A program made the position numbers and the translations under genes. This document shows, one piece after another, positions 51,886 to 62,419 of a stretch of DNA of 64,000 nucleotides. The notes beneath the pieces were generated by a model. The model made no database searches. It saw only the letters and a list, made by a program, of their open reading frames with translations, and was not told the origin of the DNA. The DNA is taken from NCBI RefSeq assembly GCF_004010195.1, contig NC_057719.1:66336066-66400065 (forward strand), given 5' to 3'. Position 1 is the stretch's first letter. Each line of letters begins with the position of its first letter. The stretch is from Chiloscyllium plagiosum (lineage: Eukaryota).

Positions 51886-54114
51886 AAATATCTGAATAGA
51901 GAGGTGCAGCCGTAATATGGAAGAGGTAATTGGACACATAGACATTTAGGGCTCAAACAGGCATTTCACCTCATTCTGTCTGTGCAGGCTGAAAATAAAG
52001 CTATGCTCTTCTAACAGGTCACTGTTGGTTGGTGCCACTGCAAATAACCCTCACCACTCAGAATGCTAAGAGTTCCATTTTCACCCATCAACTTAAAACC
52101 AAAAACAGTGCTATAACAGATTCAAACTTTTTGGGTGTATTACCCTGTACCTGGTCTAAAGGTTTCTCCTTATATTCTGAATATTAATGGCAGAGACAAA
52201 ATTACATATTGTTCCATTATAACTGCACCTTCTATTGAAGTCGGAGCAATACTACACATTCTTGACAGACTGCTCAGCACCTCTCCTTACAGCGTCTCCT
52301 GGGGAAAAAAGAGGACAAAAGTACCTCTTGAAGCCACAGCATGGTCACATCTGGCAGTCCTTTGAACTGGAGTTTGTCTCAGGTAATTGATCCCTCAATT
52401 GGGCCCTACCACATGCATTACTTTGGGGATATTGATCAAATCTACCTACACAACAATGCCTTGTTGGCTTTGATTTTTATACATTATTACCCAATAATAC
52501 CACAAACTTGATTGATTGTTATTGCCAGTGAGTCCCAAATAGAAGTTACTTTTTTTTTTGTAAATCCCTAACCATGTCAAATGTAATTACCACAATGTTT
52601 GCCACATAAAAAAATCTATGCCATTACTTTAATAGTTGATAAATTATAAAGCTATTACATTATTTAAGTTTTATTTATATTCCCAGAGAGATGATTCACA
52701 GTTCATAATGCACTGTGCTACATAATTAAACCAATTTGGAATATCATTACTGCTGCCATTGGCAGTGTGATCATTGATCTGTGCTTTTTTAAGTGAAGCT
52801 ATCTGTCCGACATGCTTAAAACAATTACAAATGTGCATTCTAATTCATAGACAAGAAACCAATGAGAATTAACAACATCATTTATATTCAGATATAAACA
52901 CCTCCAGGATCAAGTGGTGTAAGAACTGCCAAGTTTTTTCCAAAGCATACCAGTGATTTTTTAGCATAGCTCACTATTTACTAAAGGTTAAATGCATTTC
53001 CCTTTAATTGTTTCTAACTATAGTGTATTTGAGCCCATCACAAATGGAAAAACACCAATGTTTCCAATGTTATTTTACGTAGTCTCCCTATAGAGGGCAG
53101 CATTTGTTTACTTTTACTCAATTTGATGCAGTGAATCCAGATCAGTGCCATTATTGTGTGTATCTTTTTAAAACAGCGAGTCATTACAGTGAAGTAAGAG
53201 GCTATCCATCCCATCAAGTGCATGCTGGCAATCACACTCCTTCCCCTGCTATATCCCTATTTCAAGTGTCCATTCAATTTCTTTTTGAAATCACTCCGTG
53301 CCTCTGCTTACAACATCCTTACACAACTGTTGGTGGCACCACTCTATGTGCAAAAAGGAAGTTCTTCCTCACCCATCCCTGCAACTCTTACACAAATCCA
53401 TAGGCGTGTCCCTCCGCCTTGACCCTTATGGCATCCATGAGTGGAAACCGATTTTCTTGGCTTACTTTATCTGAACCAATCACAATTTTGTCCCAGTCTA
53501 TCAAATCTCCACTTAGATGCCTTTGTTCCAAAAAGAAAATCATTGGCTTCTCTGATCTAAAATTGTAGGCAAAATCGAACAGTCTTCAGGACCCAAACAT
53601 CATCTTCCTGCTCTCAACTTGTATGTTTGTGTGACAGTGATTGAACAACCATGTAAGAGTATCTACCAAAGGGCAGCATGGCCATTATAAATTGTTGGCA
53701 ATTATCAGATTAATTGCCCAATGAAATGTTGCTACTGGCAGGATATGTAGAGAGTGATTTGGGACGTGGTAGAAGAGTGAAAGGAATATCAAAACAAACT
53801 CCAAATTGGAGAGTCCATTGTTTCAAAGAACCCCATCAGAAATTAGAATAAAGTGTGAAAAAAGTGACTATACTTGATTTTCTAACAAGTATTAAAATAC
53901 TTAAATGTTTAAAAAGAAACTAAGCTCCTCTTAAATTGAAAGAAACTTTATTTTCAAAAAACATTTTCATTGTATTTGACTGCCTCCTATGCAATTGGCA
54001 TGCAGCAGATTGAGAATATATTGATCACTGCTGGGCATGTCCAATTAGTCAGGGACTAATGTATATGTGCTTAAAGGGGGTTGGTATTTTAATTGTGTGA
54101 AGTATTGCAGACAG

Positions 54115-54378
54115 TCCAGAACTAGATGATATAGGTTTAGAGTGAGAGGAAAATTTTAAGAGAACTAAGGGGCAACTTTTTCATGCAGAGGGTAGTGTCA
54201 GGAATGAGCTGCAAAGGAAGTGGTGGAGGCATTTGATAGATATATGAACAGGAAGGATTTAGTAGGATATGGGCCAAGTGCTGGCAAATAGGACTAGATG
54301 AGGTTAGGATATCTGGTTAGCAGGGATGAGTTAGGCAGAAAGGTCTTTTTCTGTGCTGTGCATCTCTATGACTCTATG
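54115..54378 (+). mobile_element. CR1/HER1-type LINE 3' end
   Basis: ggggcaactttttcatgcagaggg...ctatgactctat tail. Confidence 0.85.
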
Positions 54379-55949
54379 CCAATAAACTGGCTTGGGACCT
54401 GCAAGAAATGTCCCCACCTCTGAGCTAGAGTTGTATACATCAGATGGTTCCAACTCCTTTTGGAAGTTGAATAGTTAACCAAGAACAGTTTTTTGTAAAA
54501 TAGATGGCATGGTTTCAGACTAATCTCTCCTCTGCTGGATTCGATTTGTGAGCTTGTCCCTGCTCCTTTGGCTAGGAAGACTCCTGGCCTAGGTGTCTGC
54601 CCAAAAAAAAATGCTTTAAAGAGGTATCAAAATCACTTTTGAAGAGTCGCTTTAAATCAACTAATGAATTATTTTCCTGCCCTGCACAAAATTAAATTAC
54701 TTATTGAAATAACTGCACAGAGGCTTGTATCTTGTCGCCAAGTCATGTGTTCTTTACCTGTGCACAATATGCTGACTGTGGCCAGCCAGTTCGGAGTCTG
54801 CTCCTGAACTGAGGAGATTCTGAATCTCCGATTTTGTGCTAATTTTCCCTCAGGGCACACGTGTTGTGTGTAATTTCAGGGACTACGTGAGGACTCCATT
54901 GTGCCAGTCATGTTATTCAGTACTTCCACCACCAGAAAAAAACACCCATGTGGCCAGAGAGCCAGCAACCAGCAGAGCCCAGTTGGGAAATGCTTACATG
55001 AAAAAAAGTGAAGGGGAGGCTAGGAATTAAATCAAAATAGAGCTGAAGGGGAAATGAAACACCGTGGTGCCCACCTTTCCCTGGTAGGAACAGCAAAGCT
55101 GTAATTTTCTGCAGTTTTCATGATTATCAACCCTGCTGGGAAGGTCTAAACTCCAATTCTATCATAAATTGTGAAATGGAATTTATTAAATCTGATACAT
55201 TTTTGATGCTGCTAAATTTATCATATGAAACTACTGGATTATCATTACAAAAACCAACTGGTCCACTGGTTTCCTTCAGTGAAGGACTTTACTATCTCTC
55301 TCTCTAATGTCATCCACATTTGTCTCCATTACTTAATAATATAGCCAACTCTCCTCTGACTTCAGGGCAACTAGATAAGAAATACTTGCCAATGCTGTTG
55401 CAAGATAGCATCAAGTTTAAAACCAAAGAAATGTGCAAGTTCAGGTTTACAGTGTATTTTGTTTAAACTGCAAGCTTCTTTGTTTTTCAGAGAAGACTTT
55501 TCTAAAGCAGCAATATACTGACCTAGCAGAAAATGGATCACTGGTGGAAAGAGATTGTACAAACACCAAGCCACAATATTTGGATCTTCAGCTATTCACT
55601 ATGGATGGAGAAAATATTGATACAAATACTCAAACATTCTGTTACATGGAGGGTTATGTAAGTTACAAATTAGAATTATTTTTTTAAAATGACTTTTTTG
55701 TGGATGAAGTTTTAAGGATGTCTTTGAATTTAGACAATTGTGAAAGATCAGTTTCAAGCCCTGATATTTATAGTAAAGACTGTGTTTTGTTTAGGTTGCT
55801 GAGAATTGTTTTAAATGTGTTTCAATATTTAATAATTAATATTTGCTATCTGGTTATAATCAATAGTACTTGTATTTAGTTACAAATGTCTTACTCACAT
55901 TTGTAAGTCCAAAAAGTAGTTGTATAATTTACTCCAAGACTACATATTT

Positions 55950-56350
55950 AGGTAAAAACAATAACTGCAGATGCAGGAAACCAGATTCTGGATCAGTGGT
56001 GCTGGAAGAGCACAGCAATTCAGGCAGCATCCAACGAGCAGCGAAATCGACGTTTCGGGCAAAAGCCCTTCATCAGGAATAAAGGCAGAGAGCCTGAAGC
56101 GTGGAGAGATAAGCTAGGTGTTGAAGCCCACATTGATGCCCTGGGGTTGAAGTGTTCCGAGGCGGAAGATGAGGCGTTCTTCCTCCAGGCGTCTGGTGAT
56201 GAGGGAGCGGCGGTGAAGGAGGCCCAGGACCTCCATGTCCTCAGCAGAGTGGGAGGGGGAGTTGAAATGTTGGGCCATGGGGCGGTTTGGTTGATTGGTG
56301 CGGGTGTCCCGGAGGTGTTCCCTAAAGTGCTCTGCTAGGAGGCGCCCAGT
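55950..56350 (-). mobile_element. Penelope-like element 3' end: GIY-YIG C-terminus plus terminal repeat
   Basis: Minus strand translates LAEHFREHLRDTRTNQPNRPMAQHFNSPSHSAEDMEVLGL...RRLEEERLIFRLGTLQPQGINV, followed by the family-1 terminal repeat. Confidence 0.9.
56049..56076 (-). ncRNA. Minimal hammerhead ribozyme core, intact
   Basis: CTGATGA-A-GGGC-TTTT-GCCC-GAAAC-GTC on the minus strand. Confidence 0.75.
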
Positions 56351-56429
56351 CTTATTTTGTGTGGGCTACTACATAGTATTGTATTGTTTTCACAATTACT
56401 TTGCAAAGTGGTTTTGAATGTCATGAGTA

Positions 56430-57065
56430 TCTGTGAAGCCTGTATGTAGGAAGGCAAAAGGGACCTAGGTGTTCTCTCAATGAGAAGCAAAAAGTTAGCA
56501 TTCAGGTTCAGCAAGTAATTAAGACAATGGAATTTTAGCATTTTGCTGGAAGGCATTGGAGTTTAAAAATAGACAAGTCTTGTTATAGCTGTACAGGGTG
56601 TTGGTGAGGCTGCACCTGGAGTACCATGTATATGTTTGGTCCCCATATTTAAGAAATGATGTACTAGCATTCAAAAGAGATTCATGAGTCAAATTTTTCA
56701 GAGGTAGACCTATCAGGAATGGCTAAATAATTTAGGCCTTTGTTCACAAGAGTTTAGAATATGGAGTGATCCAGTTAAAATCTGAGAAGGCATGACAGGT
56801 TGGATTTTAAGATGCTTCCACCTTTAAAACTGGGATGCAAAGGAATTTCATCTCTTTGAGGGTAGCGAATGTCTGGAAGTTTGTACCTTAAGGAATCATG
56901 GAGGCCAGATCACTGAAAGTATTTAAAATTTTTGAAATATCAGGGATTTGAGGACTACGATGAGCTGACAAAGAGGAGTTGAAACTCATTTCAGCAATGA
57001 TATTGTAGAACAGCTGGTCAGGCCTGAGGGACTGAATGATGCAATCCTGCTTGTATTTCTAATGT
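56430..57065 (+). mobile_element. Old CR1 3' fragment
   Basis: ttggtgaggctgcacctggagtac...tggtccccatatttaag CR1 motif. Confidence 0.7.
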
Positions 57066-57136
57066 AAGTCTGGTGCAAGGTTTGAAATTTTCTCATACCC
57101 CACAGAGTCAGAAAGACTGGGTAGCTGTGGCATATT

Positions 57137-57327
57137 AGATAAAAACAATGACTGCAGATGCTGGAAACCAGATTCTGGATTAGTGGTGCTGGAAAAGCAC
57201 AGCAGTTCAGGCAGCATCTGAGGAGCAGTAAAATTGATCCCTGATGAAGGGCTTTTGCCCGAAACGTCAATTTTACTGCTCCTCTGCTGCCTGAACTGCT
57301 GTGCTTTTCCAGCACCACTAATCCAGA
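57137..57327. mobile_element. Fold-back PLE mini-element with 14-bp TSD
   Basis: agctgtggcatatt at 57123-57136 and 57328-57341; inverted arms around a central hammerhead. Confidence 0.9.
57241..57268 (+). ncRNA. Minimal hammerhead ribozyme core, intact, sense to the formin intron
   Basis: CTGATGA-A-GGGC-TTTT-GCCC-GAAAC-GTC. Confidence 0.75.
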
Positions 57328-57792
57328 AGCTGTGGCATATTGAAAATTGCATGTTTACATTTTCTACGGCAGTTTTTCACTTTTTATAAGATAGTTTGTG
57401 CAATAGTGGTCAGTTTTCTGTGTTGAGCTTTACCTGGAACCCCACTCTGACATGATGATGGTCTCTGCCACATTTGCTGCTGGGGAAGACAGTAGGTTGA
57501 TACGGTGCATGATTTGGCTGGCCTCTGTTTTCTCTGCCAGCTGTGAATTCAGTCTCTGCTCACCTCTTCCATTACCCTCTCTAACAGTCAGTCTTCACAA
57601 AGTCACAGCCATCAGCGATTGTTTCCCAGTTTTCTGTGGAAATGTCTGCAATGCTCATATCTCACTTGCCCCAGTAGCAGAGGTATAGATACTCAGGAGG
57701 TCGTGACTCAGTAGCCAGTTTACTATGCAAGTCTCTGGGTATATTGCTGGTGTTTATCCAATGAATGTGGCTGAGCCAGTACAGATATGAGT

Positions 57793-57996
57793 GATGGAAA
57801 TGTGTTGCTGGAGAAGCGCAGCAGGTCAGGCAGCATCTAGGGAACAGGAGAATCGACGTTTCGGGCATTAGCCCTTCTTCAGGAATGCCCGAAACGTCGA
57901 TTCTCCTGTTCCCTAGATGCTGCCTGACCTGCTGCGCTTCTCCAGCAACACATTTCCATCTCTGATCTCCAGCATCTGCAGACCTCATTTTCTCTT
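57793..57996. mobile_element. Fold-back PLE mini-element, perfect 77-bp arms, ~16-bp TSD
   Basis: 57793-57869 is the exact inverse of 57884-57960; cagatatgagtgatgg at 57782-57797 and 57997-58012. Confidence 0.92.
57855..57882 (-). ncRNA. Minimal hammerhead ribozyme core
   Basis: CTGAAGA-A-GGGC-TAAT-GCCC-GAAAC-GTC on the minus strand. Confidence 0.7.
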
Positions 57997-58349
57997 CAGA
58001 TATGAGTGATGGCATGCTGCTGGGAATAGCTTGCTCTGGGATCTCTGAGGTGGTGATCTCCTCCTGCCAAGAGGTACTGAGTATAAAACTGAGACAGCAA
58101 AGGTGGAAACCTTTCAGACTTTTCATCACTCTGGTATATGTTGTATAGGCCACTTCACTGGAGAGCAGCGTATTGAGGATACATGCATGGCAAAGTTCCT
58201 GTTCAGGTTGCTGTTACTCCACACTCTCTGATTCCACTCTGGGTCTGATTTATGCATTTATTTTTTTATCAGCCATTAAGAGAGTATTGGATTTCTGCTT
58301 TCACCTAGTAGTCTGTGTCACTAGGCATCGTCAATAAGGAGAAGAACAA

Positions 58350-58595
58350 CCAAAAAGAAGTGTGGATGCTGGAAATCAGAAACAAAATCAGAAATTACTG
58401 GATAATCTCCAGGTCTGGCAGCATCTGTGGAGAGAAAGCAGAGATAATATTGCAGGTCCAGTGACTTCCTTGTCAGACAGAATAAATGTTCATTCTGAAC
58501 AAGGATCACTGGACCCGAAATATTAACTTTGCTTTCTCTCCACCAAAGCTGCCAGATCTGCTGACTTTTTCTAGCAATTTCTGATTTTGTTTATA
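58350..58595. mobile_element. Fold-back PLE terminal repeat (family 3), older
   Basis: aaacaaaatcagaaatt...ggagagaaagca versus tgctttctctcc...aatttctgattttgttt; two decayed divergent hammerhead-like cores at the centre. Confidence 0.75.
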
Positions 58596-59554
58596 AGCAA
58601 TAACACTGCTTTGTGAGGATTCTCTGACATGCACAGAATCTGGACTGCTTTTCTTTCTCTTCCCTTCTAGGCCAGTTGCATTTCTCTTCCACATTAAAGT
58701 TTATCTTTATGGTCAAATATGTCACCTGCAGACCAGCAATTAACTGGGAGTAAAATAATAGACAATGCAGTTACTCAATGAGGCTGCACAGTCTTGGTGG
58801 AGTATTATGGACCCTGACTCCCTGAAAGTGAGCTAACAGGCCTAGCATTAGGTACTATCAAGGTGAAAGTCTATCCCTGATCTGATTTAGTTCCCTGATG
58901 GCTGCAAAATGATGGCAGGCCAATGTGGCCAAGTACTGTCTAACTGGGAGAGCAGTGTCACCACCATCACTTCAAATTCTGGTTCATGTTAGGTAACCTG
59001 GATGAGTGATTCAGAATAATTATAGGTAAATTACCTATTCCATTCTAACATGTTACATGTACAAATAATACTAGCACGCAAGTACCTTCAGAATATTTAC
59101 AAAGTGATTAATGCCTAGCTTTCAGTAACCTAATGGAAACAGCAATAACTTAATTATCTGCACATTCATGAACTTTGGAATGAGATGAACTATCATACTC
59201 CATCTTCAGGTTCTGCAGGGAAAGAATTTAGTAGAGTTGAATTCACACACTTTGTGCAAAGTTAGTTATTAATTTGATCTGAGTTATTTATTGTCATATG
59301 TGTCTTGTTGTAAAATACAGTGAAAAAATGTTGCATAGTGTTGCCAGTCTCTGGCACCCCCTTAAAGCACAGAAAAATAAACCAAAACATGGAATATAAG
59401 GACAGGAAAAATGAAGAAAGTGTCGAACTTTGCAATCCTTCTTATGTGCATGGCCATTGGCCTGGTGGCCAGGCACGTTTTCCCTTCACAGTCCAGTTGC
59501 TGCTGCTGGAATGCAAGTCCCTGCTGTTCTCCATCTCACCACTGTGTCCTCACT

Positions 59555-59870
59555 GGATGGGCAGCCCACCATCTGCCCTCATTCCTTCTGTCCTATTGTT
59601 GGCCATTTCTCCTGGAATGAGCTAAAGAGTGACTGAATGGGGTCAAAGTGGGTGATACAGCAGGTTGTGCTGGTATAGATGAGAGAAAAGTTGGAGAGTT
59701 ACCAAAAGTGAATAAGTAGGCAGCACAGGGGGCATGATGCATTGAGGGTGGGTGAGAATGGACTGAGAGCAGATGTTGCATTCCATAGTGAGGGTGGTAG
59801 AGCAGGAGCCTTGGTGGGAGATGGGTGCAGTAGCAGAGATAGGGTGAGGTAGCAGCAGGAAGATGGTGGC
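59555..59870 (-). repeat. Inverted copy of 61438-61739
   Basis: ~310 bp diverged reverse-complement match seen directly and in the ORF track (PSPTKAPALP...WNATSALS). Confidence 0.9.
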
Positions 59871-60265
59871 CAATGCAGATGCACTGACCCAATCTCTACT
59901 CTGTCACTGCCATGAATCCATTTCAGCTCTGCCTCGCTGACGCAGTCACTGCTGAGTCTTATCCTGGGCCCAAGCCATGAATCTGCACTGGATGCGCTAG
60001 CTCCCGGAAACCTGAACTCCCCTCCGCCTACAGCCACTGATTCTTACTGCCACTGTTGCTGTCACCGCAACTCAGCCCCCTTCACCAAAAGGTGAGTAAA
60101 AACAAAAGAGAAGAGAGAAAAGAAAACCGACAAGCCCCAGGCTCAGACCACTACTATCACCATCTCAACGGTAATGTAAAAGAATTGTCTAGGCACAGGG
60201 TTTGTTCCAGATGCCTCGTTCGTGTAAACCATCTCCGAGCCCTAAGTGCCTGACTACGCCAGCAT

Positions 60266-60663
60266 ATAGAGTCATAGAGATGTACAGCACGGAAACAGAC
60301 CCTTCGGTCCAACCCAATCTAGTCTCACCTGCCAGCACCCATATCCATCCAAACCCTTCCTATTCATATACCCATCCATATGGCTCTTAAATGTTGCAAT
60401 TGTACCAGCCTCCACCACTTCCTCTGGCAGCTCATTCCATACCGATACCACCCTCTGCGTGGAAAAAGTTGTCCCTTCGGTCTCTTTTATATCTTTCCCC
60501 TCTCACCCTAAACCTATGCTCTCTAGTTCTGGACTCTCCGACCCCAGGGAAAAGACTTTGTCTATTTATCCTATCCATGCCCCTCATAATTTTGTAAACC
60601 TCTATAAGGTCACCCCTCAGTCTCCGATGCTCTGGGGAAAACAGCCCCAGCCTGTTCAGCCTC
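60266..60663 (-). mobile_element. CR1/HER1-type LINE 3' fragment
   Basis: RLNRLGLFSPEHRRLRGDLIEVYKIMRGMDR. Confidence 0.92.
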
Positions 60664-60895
60664 GCACTGGAAGAAACAGTGCAGCTCAGTAAGAGTTTGG
60701 GCTGAATTTTGCATCTTTGGGTCCAAATATTTACTTTGTTAAATTTCATGTAGATTCTCTTTCTCTTTCCTTGAGGCCCTATAATGGTTCTCAGCATATC
60801 GTCACAAACTTGCCTCATTCACAAACCTGCCCAGTGGTATTTCTCTTCACCCATGTTAGCCTGATTCTACGACTTGCCGAATCCAAAATAACTTC

Positions 60896-61070
60896 AATGT
60901 GTTGCTGGAAAAGCGCAGCAGGTCAGGCAGCATCAAAGGAGCAGGAGAATCAACGTTTCGGGCATAAGTCCTCCTTCAGGAATCCTTTGCTGCCTGACCT
61001 GCTGCCCTTTTTCAGCAACACATTTTTAAGCTCTGATCTCCAGCATCTGCAGTCCTCACTTTCTCCTAGT
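60896..61070. mobile_element. Fold-back PLE mini-element with 15-bp TSD
   Basis: atccaaaataacttc at 60881-60895 and 61071-61085; inverted arms; decayed minus-strand hammerhead core at ~60951-60979. Confidence 0.88.
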
Positions 61071-61189
61071 ATCCAAAATAACTTCCCACTGCCAGGATAC
61101 CCCAGAAGAGACCAGCATCCCTGGTGCCATGTTTAAAAGCCCATGGTACACAGACAAGCATTCAGTCCTTGCATGGTGACTAAATTTGT

Positions 61190-61435
61190 CCTGGGCATGT
61201 CCAAGAAGTGGAAATGTTTTGGCCCACTTTGTGGACAGGGAACTGGAGGTTCTGGTGGTCAGCTTAATGCAAAAGAAGGCTGACCCTTCCCCTAGGACCA
61301 GAATGGAGACTCCGCCATCAGATCCTGCCAGTCTACCTGAGGTTGCCACTCCTGTCCATGCAGTCTCTATCATCCGACTGAATGCACAGCAGTGTATGAA
61401 CAAGGTCAGTGACCTTCTTCACTCTGCCAGTGTAA
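61190..61435 (+). pseudogene. Harbinger-type Myb/SANT DNA-binding protein relic
   Basis: AHFVDRELEVLV...EVATPVHAVSIIRLNAQQCMNKVSDL resembles the trihelix Myb/SANT domain of PIF/Harbinger ORF1, followed by a gtaagt donor-like site. Confidence 0.6.
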
Positions 61436-62419
61436 GTGCCACTGTCTTCCCTCTGCTACCTCACCCATCTCCCACCAAGGCTCCTGCTCTACCATCCACA
61501 CTATGGAATGCAACATCTGCTCTCTCACTCCATTCCCTCCCACCCACCCCAACGCACCATGCCCCCTCTGCTGCCTACTTATTCACTTTGGGTAACTCTA
61601 ACTTTCCTCTCATCTGCATCAGCAAAACCTGCTGTATCACCCACTTTGACCCCATTCAGTCACTCTCTTTAGCTCATTCCAGGGGAAACGGCCACCAAAA
61701 GGGCAGAAGGAGCGAGGGCAGGTGGTGGGCTACCCATCCTTCAGCTCCTCATCCCTTGTAAGGGAACAGACCCTGACCCTGCCAGCTCTGAGAAGCTTGA
61801 CCATGTCCAAGCTCCCGGACTGATATCACTGGCTGCCTGTGACGTAGTGTGCCAGGAATTCCCAAATGAAGGCTGCGTTGTTTGGCATGACTACACTGCT
61901 GATAACCATGGCAAGCTTCCTGGCTTCAAGTCTGTACTAACAGCACAGTAAAACAAAAGAATTGCAAGCTTGGAGACTCCAGTGGACAGGTTAAAGGGCA
62001 AGACAGGGCCTATTTACTATGAACATTTCAGGTGCGCTCAGTGAGTGAATGCGAAGATGAAGCCTTGTTCAGTCCATGGGCTGGGTGCAGGTCTCGGTGT
62101 CTGAAGTATCCTTGCTGTAACATTTTAATGTTAGCTGCCCAGTGTGCAGCATTGAAGTGTAACCGCATCTGGAGGGTTGGCATGAGGGTTCTGAGGGACT
62201 GGTAGGTTTTTCCAGAGAGGCAGGCAGCAAGCTGCAGTCACCAAGTACCTGCTTTGACTTTCATGTCAGGAAATCTCCGCATCTCTTTTCCTTGCAGTAG
62301 GTGACAGCATATTAACGTGGTGAGGTTTGGTATGAATGCAGATGTTAACCAGCAATAATTCTGAAAAATTGCAAGCCAGACTCTTGGCCTGACATAGTTA
62401 GAAATTGCAACCAGTTAAA

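Larger units (their letters stand above)
57560..58200 (-). mobile_element. RTE-clade LINE relic interrupted by a PLE palindrome
   Basis: LKGFHLCCLSFILSTSWQEEIT...YWLSHIHW...IPRDLHSKLATESRP resembles the RTE C-terminal consensus (FHLRCLRRIL.I.WQD...RWLGHV...IPK.LLYGEL). Confidence 0.7.

Noticed and set aside
57137..57996. CRISPR array or microRNA genes suggested by repeats and hairpins
   Set aside because: No repeat-spacer periodicity and eukaryotic context; hairpins are transposon-derived with TSDs and there is no evidence of miRNA processing
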